Shown here: piece after piece, positions 1-8,034 of the stretch
Position numbering within the stretch: position 1 is the stretch's first letter
Layout of the letters: each line of letters begins with the position of its first letter
Assembly: GCA_964405055.1 (NCBI GenBank)
Contig: CAYOMH010000001.1
Span: 9,873 to 35,726, forward strand
Length of the DNA: 25,854 nt
DNA from: an uncultured Muribaculaceae bacterium
GTDB taxonomy: Bacteria > Bacillota_I > Bacilli_A > RF39 > UBA660
Direction of reading: 5' to 3'
Notes under the pieces: generated by a model
What the model was told of the DNA's origin: nothing
Databases searched by the model: none
What the model saw: only the letters and a program-made list of their open reading frames with translations
Made by a program: the position numbers and the translations under genes

Positions 1-942
1 AGTGATCAAACCGATATTTTTAATTTTAAACAACCACTTGAGGAAATGCTTAATCAAACAGACGAATTACCAAGGAAAGTAGAAGAAATAAAACCAGTAC
101 TAAAAATTGAGGAACCAATTCCAGAAATAAAAAAAAGAACTAGTGTTTTTGATGAAGATGATCAAGAAATAAAACCAGTTGAAAAAAAAGAAAATATTTT
201 ACCGAAAAAAGAATTGCCAAGTGATGAAATTCAATCTGCTGAAATAAAACCAGCAGAAATTATTCCTGAAAAAATAAATTTTGATAATACCCAAATTCAA
301 TTATTAGAAGAAAGTATTTTACCAGATATAGAAGAACAAAAGGTTAATCAAAAAGAAGAAAAACAATCTATTCAACCTACAGTTTTACCAGATTTAGTTG
401 AAAAATTAACTCCAACTAGTAATGAAGAAAAAGAAATTAATAAAAAATTAAAAAACTACTTTCTTAAAAAAACTTTATTTTATTTATTTGTCGTAATTTT
501 AGTTATTGGTTCAGGATTTGCGGGCTATGCCTTCTTTGTAAAATTTGGTCCTCCTCAATTAGCTTATGTGGGTAATATTGAATATAAAGTTGATCGAACT
601 TATAATGCATCGATTAAAGAAAAATTTTTAGTTATTTCTGATAAAGCTAATACTTGGACAATTGAAGTAACTTCAACCGTTGATTTTAATTCCTTAACGG
701 AATTTAGTTCAAAAACATCTGAATCATACGAAGAAGTAAAAGCAATAAGCAAAAAATATGATGGAATAGATACTGCCATAATCGAAATAAATGACAAAGA
801 TAAAAAATTCTATAACGTTGCTATCAAAAAAGGATCTAATGATTATGTCAGTGCAAAGATAACTTATAAAGATAATAAACTTAACGAAAAAATAATTGAT
901 GTTTTTGTTAAAATTGCTAAAACTAAAACAATAAAGTACTAA
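1..942 (+). CDS. Hypothetical single-pass membrane protein with a low-complexity E/K/P-rich N-terminal region; probably 5'-partial
   Basis: Frame is open from base 1 (no stop before ATG 46). One hydrophobic segment (TLFYLFVVILVIGSGFAGYAFFV) separates a charged low-complexity region from a C-terminal domain. No family motif recognised. Confidence 0.8.
   Translation, partial: SDQTDIFNFKQPLEEMLNQTDELPRKVEEIKPVLKIEEPIPEIKKRTSVFDEDDQEIKPVEKKENILPKKELPSDEIQSAEIKPAEIIPEKINFDNTQIQLLEESILPDIEEQKVNQKEEKQSIQPTVLPDLVEKLTPTSNEEKEINKKLKNYFLKKTLFYLFVVILVIGSGFAGYAFFVKFGPPQLAYVGNIEYKVDRTYNASIKEKFLVISDKANTWTIEVTSTVDFNSLTEFSSKTSESYEEVKAISKKYDGIDTAIIEINDKDKKFYNVAIKKGSNDYVSAKITYKDNKLNEKIIDVFVKIAKTKTIKY
85..253 (+). 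repeat. Three dispersed copies of a 13-bp motif GAAATAAAACCAG (EIKP peptide repeat)
   Basis: Copies at 85, 166 and 241, all in frame within the low-complexity region. Confidence 0.6.
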
Positions 943-943
943 T

Positions 944-973
944 AAATCACTTCAAATGAAGTGATTTTTTTTT
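944..973 (+). terminator. Rho-independent terminator
   Basis: AAATCACTTC-aaat-GAAGTGATTT hairpin followed by a T run, immediately after the stop at 942. Confidence 0.85.
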
Positions 974-1010
974 AAGGATAAATATGGTAAAATTAAATAG
1001 GTGATTAACA

Positions 1011-1649
1011 TTGATAATAAATATAAATAATCAACCAATTGAAGTAGTTATTGTTCATAAAAAAATAAAAAACATTTATTTTCGTTTTAAGAATGATTTA
1101 AAACTTTATGTTAGTTGTAATTTATTAGTTAATCAAAACCAGATAATAAAGATGATTAAAGAAAATGAAAAAAGTATTTATAAAATGTATTTACAAATGT
1201 TAAAAAAAAGTAATGATCAAAAAATATTTGCTATTCTTGGTGATGAATATATTGTAAATATCGATTCTAGTTTAAAAAAAGTATTTATTGAAGGAAATAA
1301 AATATATGGTAAATCATTGCTTGATATTGAAAAATATTATTTAATTGAAGCCAAGAAATTTATTACTGTTCGGTTTAATCGTTGTGCTAATTTATTTACT
1401 TATCTTCCCGAATGTAAATTAACATTTAGAAAAATGACAAGTCGTTGGGGAGTGTGCAATACCAAATTAAAGAAAATTACTATTAATACAGAATTATATC
1501 GCTATGATGTTTCACTTATTGATTATGTAATTATTCATGAATTATGTCATTTATTTGTACCCAATCATTCACCAAAGTTTTGGAATGAAGTTAGTAAATA
1601 TTATCCGCATTACAAAAGTGCTAGAAAATTATTAAAAGGAGGATTGTAA
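1011..1649 (+). CDS. M48/YgjP (DUF45)-family metal-dependent hydrolase
   Basis: RKMTSRWGVC motif and IDYVIIHELCHL...NHS..FW zincin HExxH motif. TTG start with an AGGTGA RBS. Confidence 0.9.
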   Translation: MIININNQPIEVVIVHKKIKNIYFRFKNDLKLYVSCNLLVNQNQIIKMIKENEKSIYKMYLQMLKKSNDQKIFAILGDEYIVNIDSSLKKVFIEGNKIYGKSLLDIEKYYLIEAKKFITVRFNRCANLFTYLPECKLTFRKMTSRWGVCNTKLKKITINTELYRYDVSLIDYVIIHELCHLFVPNHSPKFWNEVSKYYPHYKSARKLLKGGL

Positions 1650-1650
1650 A

Positions 1651-2370
1651 ATGATTACATCAATTCAAAATGAAAAAATAAAAAACCTTATCTCACTTAA
1701 AGATAAAAAATATCGTGATCTTAATAATCAATTTATTATTGAAGGAGAACATCTGGTCGAAGAAGCTTATCTTACTAATAATTTAATTGAAGTCTATACT
1801 ACTGATGAAACATTTCAATTAGAAAATATTCAAGTAATTTATATTAGTCAATCAATTATGGCTAAAATAAGTAGTCAGGTTAGTGCTAGTAAATTAATCG
1901 GTTTATGTCGCAAACAAATATCAAGAGAAATAGTTGGAAATGTTTTAATATTAGATCGAATTCAAGATCCAGGAAATTTAGGAACTATAATTCGTAATGC
2001 AGTTGCTTTTGATATTGATACAATTATCATTAGTAATGATAGCGTTGATTTATATAATGATAAAGTAATTCGTAGTACTCAAGGATTAATTTTTAAGATA
2101 AATATAATAATTAGTGATTTAAAACCAATTATTAATCAATTAAAAAATGATGGTTATCAAATAATTGGTTCGGTAGTGAATGGTAATAATTCATTAAATA
2201 ACAACCAAAAATTTGCTTTAATAGTTGGTAATGAAGGCAAAGGAATAAGTGATGAAATATTAGCACTATGTGATACATTTGTAACTATCTTAATTAATAA
2301 GAATTGTGAAAGTTTAAATGCAGGTGTAGCTAGTGGAATATTATTATATGAATTAAGTAAGGTGAAATAA
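1651..2370 (+). CDS. TrmH/SpoU-family (SPOUT) RNA 2'-O-methyltransferase
   Basis: ITS.QN..IK N-terminus, LDRIQDPGNLGTIIR, VGNEGKG and ESLNAGVASGILLY motifs. Confidence 0.93.
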   Translation: MITSIQNEKIKNLISLKDKKYRDLNNQFIIEGEHLVEEAYLTNNLIEVYTTDETFQLENIQVIYISQSIMAKISSQVSASKLIGLCRKQISREIVGNVLILDRIQDPGNLGTIIRNAVAFDIDTIIISNDSVDLYNDKVIRSTQGLIFKINIIISDLKPIINQLKNDGYQIIGSVVNGNNSLNNNQKFALIVGNEGKGISDEILALCDTFVTILINKNCESLNAGVASGILLYELSKVK

Positions 2371-2855
2371 TGTTAAAAATTGGGAAGATTGTTAGTACTC
2401 ATGGGATAAAAGGTGAGATAAAAATAAAAAGTGATTTTGAAAGAAAAGATGAAGTATTTATCCCAGGTTTTATTATTTATTTTAATGACCAAGAAACTGC
2501 TCATATTATTAAAAGTCATCGAATTCATAAAAATTACAATATGATTACTTTTGATGATTACAAAAACATAAATGAAATTTTACCATTTATTAAAAATGAT
2601 GTTTATATAAAAAAATCTGACATTATAAAAAATGAAAATGATTACTTAAAATCAGATTTAATTGGTTTAGATATTTTTTATTTAGATAAAAATTGTGGTA
2701 AAGTTTGTGAATATGTGTATAATAATGGCAATGATTTGTTAATGATTAAAAATGCTTTAATTGATTACATACCGTATAATGATAATTTTATCGAAAAAGT
2801 AGATCTAAAAGCTAAAAAAATAATTGTTAAAAACATAGAGGGGTTGATGAAATGA
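2370..2855 (+). CDS. rimM: 16S rRNA processing / ribosome maturation factor RimM
   Basis: IGKIVSTHGIKGEIKI N-terminus, PRC-barrel C-terminus (NGNDLL...IPY...FI..VDL), directly upstream of trmD. Confidence 0.93.
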   Translation: MLKIGKIVSTHGIKGEIKIKSDFERKDEVFIPGFIIYFNDQETAHIIKSHRIHKNYNMITFDDYKNINEILPFIKNDVYIKKSDIIKNENDYLKSDLIGLDIFYLDKNCGKVCEYVYNNGNDLLMIKNALIDYIPYNDNFIEKVDLKAKKIIVKNIEGLMK

Positions 2856-3514
2856 AAATAGATATTTTAACTTTATTTCCTGATATGTTTAGTTGTTTTT
2901 TTAAGGAATCAATCATTGCTAATGCACTTAAAAAAGAATTAATTACAATTAATGTTATCAATATTCGTGATTTTTCTGATTTAAACCACCATCAAGTTGA
3001 TGATACTCCATATGGTGGTGGAGCTGGAATGGTTTTAATGTGTGATCCTGTATTTAAGGCAATTGAAAGCGTTAAAACGTCAGATTCGTTTGTGATAATG
3101 ATGAGTCCACAAGGAAACACATTTAATCAACAGACAGCTATAAAATTGGCAACTAAACCTCATTTAATAATATTATGTGGTCATTATGAAGGCTTTGATG
3201 AAAGAATAAAAACTATTATTGATTTGGAATTAAGCGTTGGTGATTTTATAGTAACTGGTGGTGAAGTTCCAGCTATGTTAATAGTGGATGCAATTTCAAG
3301 ATTAGTTCCTGGGGTAATAAATAAAGAAAGTCTAACCGATGAAACATTTAATAATAATTTATTTGATTATCCAACATATACAAAGCCACAAATATATCGT
3401 GGAATGGAAGTTCCAAAAGTATTATTAAGTGGTAATCATCAAGCAATTGATGATTACCGTAAAGAAATGCAAATAGCTAATACTAAAAATAAACGACCAG
3501 ATTTATTGGAGTGA
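2852..3514 (+). CDS. trmD: tRNA (guanine37-N1)-methyltransferase
   Basis: ILTLFP, VDDTPYGGGAGM, LCGHYEGFDER, SVGDFIVTGGE and LLSGNH motifs. Confidence 0.98.
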   Translation: MKIDILTLFPDMFSCFFKESIIANALKKELITINVINIRDFSDLNHHQVDDTPYGGGAGMVLMCDPVFKAIESVKTSDSFVIMMSPQGNTFNQQTAIKLATKPHLIILCGHYEGFDERIKTIIDLELSVGDFIVTGGEVPAMLIVDAISRLVPGVINKESLTDETFNNNLFDYPTYTKPQIYRGMEVPKVLLSGNHQAIDDYRKEMQIANTKNKRPDLLE

Positions 3515-3521
3515 AATATTT

Positions 3522-3962
3522 ATGCCAAACTATTTAATTAAAAAGGATAAAAAAACTGGCGAAATAATTTATATGGAATATAAATTAAATGGCTATAATT
3601 TTAAACCCCGAAATAACAGTGGAGTTAATTTTAGTTTGGAAAAGATAGTAATAATTAAACCAGAAATGATTGATAAAATATTATCATTAAAAATTAAAAA
3701 ACGTTTAGATAAAATAATTAAACTAACAATGTATTTACTTAATCAAGGTGATGATGATAGTAATCCAGCTGATGTGATGTTAGCGTTAAATGAAATATCA
3801 AAATTAAGAAGTCAAATTTTGAATAAGTATCAAAATTATCTTTCTCAACAAAAAGAAATGTTATTCTTAAAAAAATTAAGAATATTAGAAAATGAATTAC
3901 GAATAAAAAATTTATCAATGCAAGAATTAACAAGTTATAAAACAATCGGTCGTAATTTATAG
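3522..3962 (+). CDS. Hypothetical protein
   Basis: 146-aa ORF filling the gap between trmD and the rplS promoter in the same orientation. No motif recognised. Confidence 0.7.
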   Translation: MPNYLIKKDKKTGEIIYMEYKLNGYNFKPRNNSGVNFSLEKIVIIKPEMIDKILSLKIKKRLDKIIKLTMYLLNQGDDDSNPADVMLALNEISKLRSQILNKYQNYLSQQKEMLFLKKLRILENELRIKNLSMQELTSYKTIGRNL

Positions 3963-3969
3963 TTTTGCC

Positions 3970-3999
3970 TTGATTTATTGTGAATTATTGTGTTATAAT
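3970..3999 (+). promoter_or_regulatory. Sigma-A-type promoter for rplS
   Basis: TTGATT (3970-3975), 18-nt spacer, TGtTATAAT extended -10 (3991-3999). Confidence 0.7.
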
Positions 4000-4020
4000 C
4001 AATTTGCTTTGAAAAAAGGT

Positions 4021-4062
4021 GTAATCCGCTGATTAGTTATTATGATTGCAATATAATATTTT
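4021..4062 (+). ncRNA. Probable L19 leader (ribosomal protein autoregulatory leader)
   Basis: Core CCGCTG (4026-4031) in the rplS 5' UTR matches my recollection of the Firmicute L19 leader. Not confirmed by a covariance model. Confidence 0.5.
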
Positions 4063-4079
4063 ATGAAAGGGAGAATATA

Positions 4080-4418
4080 ATGAACCTAATTGAAAAGGTA
4101 AATGCCAAACAATTAAAAAGTGACGTTCCCGAATTTAGAGTCGGAGATACTATCACAGTTAACGTTTGGATTACTGAAGGTAAGAAAAGAAGAATTCAAG
4201 CATTTCAAGGCTTAGTAGTCGCGAAAAAAGGCGGTAGTATTAATGAAACTTTTACTGTTCGTAAAAACAATAAAGGTTATGGCGTTAAAAGAACATTTCC
4301 GCTACACTCACCAATTATTGACTCAATTGTTGTTAATAAAAAAGGTGTTGTACGCCGTGCTAAACTAAATTTCTTAGATAACATGGAAAAAGAATTCAAA
4401 ATTAAAGAAAGAAACTAG
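4080..4418 (+). CDS. rplS: 50S ribosomal protein L19
   Basis: PEFRVGDT..V, RIQAFQG.V, FTVRK...G.GV.RTFPLHSP and G.VRRAKL motifs. Confidence 0.98.
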   Translation: MNLIEKVNAKQLKSDVPEFRVGDTITVNVWITEGKKRRIQAFQGLVVAKKGGSINETFTVRKNNKGYGVKRTFPLHSPIIDSIVVNKKGVVRRAKLNFLDNMEKEFKIKERN

Positions 4419-4434
4419 TTTAGTTTCTTTCTTT
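4404..4434 (+). terminator. Terminator hairpin overlapping the rplS stop
   Basis: Perfect 14-bp stem AAAGAAAGAAACTA / TAGTTTCTTTCTTT with a 3-nt loop. Confidence 0.75.
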
Positions 4435-4452
4435 ATTATATAAGGAGAAAAA

Positions 4453-4929
4453 ATGAAAATAATTCGTGAATTTGTCCCATATTTAATAATGATTGCTGTT
4501 GTAATATTAATTAGAACTTATTTATTTGCTCCAATAAGAGTTAATGGTGATTCAATGAAACCTACTTTAATTGATCAAGAAATAATGATTTTAAATAAAA
4601 TTTCTGCAATTAACCGATTTGATATTGTGGTAATAAAAGAAGACACTAGTTATTTAATAAAACGAGTTATTGGCTTACCAAATGATAAAATAACTTATCA
4701 AAATAATAAACTAATAATTAATGGTAAAGTCGTAGAAGATAGTCATTTAGGAAAACACATTATTGAAGATTTTTCTATTTCACTAGAAAAAAATGAATAC
4801 TTTGTTCTTGGTGATAATCGTTCAAATTCATATGATTCAAGAATTTTTGGTCCAGTATTAAAAAAAGATATACTTGGAACAACCAGTTTAGTACTTTTTC
4901 CATTTAATCGAATTGGTCTAGTTAATTAA
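4453..4929 (+). CDS. lepB: Signal peptidase I
   Basis: N-terminal TM segment, catalytic Ser in GDSMKPTL, catalytic Lys in YLIKRVIG, and YFVLGDNRSNSYDSR.FG. Confidence 0.95.
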   Translation: MKIIREFVPYLIMIAVVILIRTYLFAPIRVNGDSMKPTLIDQEIMILNKISAINRFDIVVIKEDTSYLIKRVIGLPNDKITYQNNKLIINGKVVEDSHLGKHIIEDFSISLEKNEYFVLGDNRSNSYDSRIFGPVLKKDILGTTSLVLFPFNRIGLVN

Positions 4930-4955
4930 AAATTTATTTAATATAAATTTTTTTA
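4928..4955 (+). terminator. Possible weak AT-only terminator after lepB
   Basis: AAAAATTTAT / ATAAATTTTT inverted repeat followed by Ts. Confidence 0.35.
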
Positions 4956-5023
4956 TTTACAATTAATTTAAATTTTAAAACCATAGTTAAGCAAATAATA
5001 TAAATTAGAAAAGAGGAATAAAA

Positions 5024-5251
5024 ATGGCTGAATTTTCCACAGAAGAACAAAATGAAATGGAAAGAGAATTTGAACAACATGAAGAACTAAAAAAGCAAAT
5101 AAATGATCTCAAAGAACGTTCAATTTTTGTAGTAAGTAATTGGTGGGGTTTTAAATATGCTGGTTCAGCAGGAACAGTTGTTACAGCAAATAAAGAATTA
5201 TATGTCTATCAAAATTATTTTTTAATTCCTGAAAATTTAAAGGACAAATAA
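5024..5251 (+). pseudogene. Hypothetical protein, probably truncated
   Basis: Good RBS (AGAGGA) and ATG. Plausible coding sequence continues past TAA 5249-5251 (INFITKK) and, after a frameshift in the A9 run at 5266-5274, reads TEEEYSKVTKFIED. Confidence 0.55.
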
Positions 5252-5264
5252 ATAAATTTTATAA

Positions 5265-6908
5265 CAAAAAAAAAGAAGTTCAACTGAAGAAGAATATAGT
5301 AAAGTAACAAAATTTATTGAAGATAAAATATTAACTATTGATTTTAGAAATCCAGAGTTATCAAATAAGATTAATATATTAGATCCAGTTATTAAAGAAT
5401 ATGAAGAATATATAAAATATGAAAAGTTATCAATAGAATCTAAATTAGAAGAAGATAAATTAAAATACAATAATTTATCAATGAGTTCTTTAGCTGAGAC
5501 TAATAGATTAATATCTTCACTTGCAACAATGGTTATGCAAGATAAGGTAGAGCAAAAAGATCCTTTTTGAAATGAATCTGCAAAAAACTTATTAGAGGGT
5601 TTAATAGGTTTCTTTTTAGAAGAGTATAAATCTGGAAATATAACAAGAGAAAAAATTACAATGACTTCCATCAGAAAATTTCAAAATAGTTCTATGGAAG
5701 AAAATAACTTTAAAAAATTTAAAGATTATATTAATACTAAAGAGTATGGAAGTAAATCTAAAGATGCTTTAGTAAGTATATTAAGTGCTAGTGATAATAC
5801 ATATAAATCAATTACTGCTGTATTTGGTCAAAAGATGAATATATTTGATGATATTAATGTAGCCAATGTTACAAGTACAAGTGATTTTGATTTTAATATT
5901 TTAGGTAAAGAACCTGTTGCTTTATATGTGATAGTTCCAGATGAAGATAAAACATATTTTACTTTAGTAACTATTATTGTAGGATTACTTTATAGAGATT
6001 TAGTAAAACTTGCTAATAGTACTGATAAAAAGAAACTACCTTATGAAATAGATTTTATTTTAGATGAATTTGCAAACTGTCCACCACTTGCAGATATTGA
6101 AGCAATTGTTTCAGTTGCAAGAAGTAGAGGAATGCATTTTCATTTTTTTATACAGTCTTTTTCTCAATTAGATAATGTTTATGGTAAAGAAGTAGCTCAA
6201 ATAATTTTAGATAACTGTGGTCTAGTGTATTTAAAAACTAATACTCAAGAAACAGCAAAAGCTATCTCAAAAAGGTTAGGTAAAAAAACAATTGAATCTA
6301 ATAGTATGAGACAGTCTGTTTCTTTAATGAACTATAATGGAAATAAGACTACTAATTTAATTGGAAGAGATTTAATGACTCCAGAAGAGGTAAAACCACT
6401 TCATTATAAAACCATCATATTCCCTATAATTGGATTCCCAATATTTAGAGATACTGTTTTATATAATAAATTTAGTTGTTATGAATCTGGTAAAATTGAA
6501 AGAAAATCTAATCCATTAAAAGATTTATCATATACATATTTTACTGTAGAGCAAATTGATCATGAAATAAAAGGTAAAAGAAAATCTAATCCAAGAGAAG
6601 TAAAAGAAATGAATCAATCTTTAGAACAGGCTGATAAAGATAATTTAAAATTAGTAGAAGAGGCAATATGTAAAATATTTAAAAATGGATATTAAATAAA
6701 ATATGTGATTGGACAAAATCATAGAACATATATGTCTGTTACTTTAGATAGGACTTTAAAGCAAAGAGAAAAATCTTTACTTAATTCCAAGATAAAAGCA
6801 GAATATTATCATTCACAAATTATAGAAAAAGATAATAAAATAATTATAGAAATTCATAATGAGAATCCAAGTATGAACTTATTGAGAAGTTTAAATAATG
6901 AGAGGTAG
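5265..6908 (+). pseudogene. VirD4/TraG type IV coupling protein pseudogene, lacking its N-terminus
   Basis: One frame reads KILTIDFRNPELSNKINILDP...DPF*NESAKNLL...FILDEFAN (Walker B)...ARSRGM...QSFSQL..VYG...GRDLMTPEEV. In-frame TGA at 5568-5570 replaces the usual DPFW Trp. In-frame TAA at 6693-6695 separates track ORFs 5661..6695 and 6705..6908. No Walker A motif or N-terminal TM segments are present. Confidence 0.88.
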
Positions 6909-6932
6909 TCTATATGGCTACCTCAATTTTTT
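6902..6932 (+). terminator. Rho-independent terminator ending the VirD4 relic
   Basis: GAGGTAGTC-tatat-GGCTACCTC stem followed by AATTTTTTT. Confidence 0.75.
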
Positions 6933-6989
6933 TATGCAATTAAACACTAATCAGAATATAGTACTGACTCAACTTACTTAATCGAATAT

Positions 6990-7140
6990 AGAATGTGGAG
7001 GTTAGCTAACACTTTATAGAACGAGAACTTTATCTCCAATTGTAATACGTTAGCCAATCCTCCTCAATCATAATAAAAAAGAGTGTAATTTTCAATCCTG
7101 ATCAGTGGATTTACTTCTTACACTTTTATAGTACCAAATA
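6990..7140 (-). ncRNA. Candidate structured non-coding RNA or leader
   Basis: Two long imperfect stems: GGAGGTTAGCTAAC 6997-7010 with GTTAGCCAATCCTCC 7049-7063, and AAGAGTGTAA 7079-7088 with TTACACTTTT 7118-7127, the latter enclosing hairpin AATCC-tgatcagt-GGATT. A minus-strand TGgTACTAT extended -10 lies at about 7128-7136. Confidence 0.35.
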
Positions 7141-7160
7141 TGTAAACGGGTTATATTTAT

Positions 7161-7570
7161 AGGCGCCTGCGGGGTCTGAAAGACCTAATCATGATACACA
7201 ATGATTATATGATGACCAGTGAGAGCCTATATTTTCTCTCCACTAATGAAAGGCAATAGTACTAAGTTAGTGTGACAAAGAAAAGAGTATGAATTATCAA
7301 GTCACAAGAAATGACAAGATATTCAAATGAAATATAGGCAGTCAGATGTATCCATAGTATCGTTGATACCATATCAATAAATATGGAGGAGAAAAGGAAT
7401 ACACATGATATGGTAGTTAGTTATGGAAATATTATCGTTACACAGGGAACGAAAAATAATAAGAACAAAAGTAAATAACATAAAATCCATATCATAAAGA
7501 GCCATATACTAGAAAGCGGCACGTACGGTTCTGTGAGGGTTATATGGAGCAATCTGTATTTCTACTCGAT
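7161..7570 (+). mobile_element. ORF-less, degenerate group II intron
   Basis: 5' end AGGCGCC (cf. GTGCG). AGGCAGTCAGA..ATAGTA..GAAAAGG D2/D3 signature at 7336-7400. D4 stem ATGATATGG/CCATATCAT with no RT ORF. D5 GAGCCATATACTAGAAAGCGGCACGTACGGTTC (7499-7531, AGC triad, AC bulge). D6 with a GCAA-capped stem, bulged A and 3' end CTACTCGAT. Confidence 0.85.
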
Positions 7571-7589
7571 ATTTGACGATTAAGAACAA

Positions 7590-7793
7590 TTGGAACAAAA
7601 AATATTGAAGTTAGGTAAAGTAGAATGTAAATTATATACTTTAGAATATACTATTGAATTTAATGATGGAAAATATATAATATATGCAAATTATTATAAA
7701 AACAACAAGACTACATTTAATTCCCTAAAAGAACTTCTAAATAATTTTAAAATATATAACGAAAGTGTTTTGGATAACATCATAAATAGTTAA
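7590..7793 (+). CDS. Small hypothetical protein, possibly the 3' exon of a gene interrupted by the intron
   Basis: 67-aa ORF, TTG start without a clear RBS. The frame extends to the intron 3' boundary with one TAA at 7581. Confidence 0.45.
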   Translation: MEQKILKLGKVECKLYTLEYTIEFNDGKYIIYANYYKNNKTTFNSLKELLNNFKIYNESVLDNIINS

Positions 7794-7812
7794 ATAAAAT
7801 CAAATAATCTAA

Positions 7813-7841
7813 TTGACATTTATAATTTAATTTTGTATAAT
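7813..7841 (+). promoter_or_regulatory. Perfect consensus sigma-A promoter
   Basis: TTGACA (7813-7818), 17 nt ending in TG, TATAAT (7836-7841). Confidence 0.85.
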
Positions 7842-7903
7842 ATAAAGCAATTTTAAGGTGTTGTTCCTGATTATTTATATAAATATTATGATAATTTATT
7901 TTT

Positions 7904-7942
7904 GAGAATAAGAGCAACTCGGTGCTTTTTATTCTCTTTTTT
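7904..7942 (+). terminator. Rho-independent terminator upstream of the operon
   Basis: GAGAATAAGAGCA-actcgg-TGCTTTTTATTCTC stem followed by TTTTTT. Confidence 0.8.
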
Positions 7943-7978
7943 AATATTAATAAAAAAATATTTAAATTTCATGATACA

Positions 7979-7987
7979 TGATATAAT
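7979..7987 (+). promoter_or_regulatory. Possible second, extended -10 promoter for the operon
   Basis: TGaTATAAT lies downstream of the terminator, about 50 nt before ATG 8035. No good -35. Confidence 0.45.
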
Positions 7988-8034
7988 AAAAAAGATAGGC
8001 GACAATTATTTATATGTTACAACAGGAGGTAAAA

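Noticed and set aside
5266-5274. A9 tract as a programmed phase-variation switch
   Set aside because: Restoring the frame would still leave two other stops in the fused ORF, and poly-A runs are common in this AT-rich window.
5559-5580. TGA at the conserved DPFW tryptophan of VirD4 as a sign of genetic code 4 (Mycoplasma-type) origin
   Set aside because: The same frame also has an in-frame TAA (6693). Island genes use TGG for Trp and TGA as a stop (for example 15254, 17788). A single G-to-A nonsense change is simpler.
5237-5671. Minus-strand 144-aa ORF in the track
   Set aside because: It is the antisense shadow of the VirD4 relic, whose conserved motifs are on the plus strand.
7008-7040. 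CACTTTATAGAA resembling the pMV158/MOBV oriT
   Set aside because: The matching inverted arm and the GTGTG/TTATACT nick sequence are absent, and no relaxase is in the window.
7911-7930. AGCAACTCGGTGCTTTTT resembling a tracrRNA 3' end
   Set aside because: No CRISPR array, anti-repeat or cas gene is in the window. It is explained as a terminator stem.
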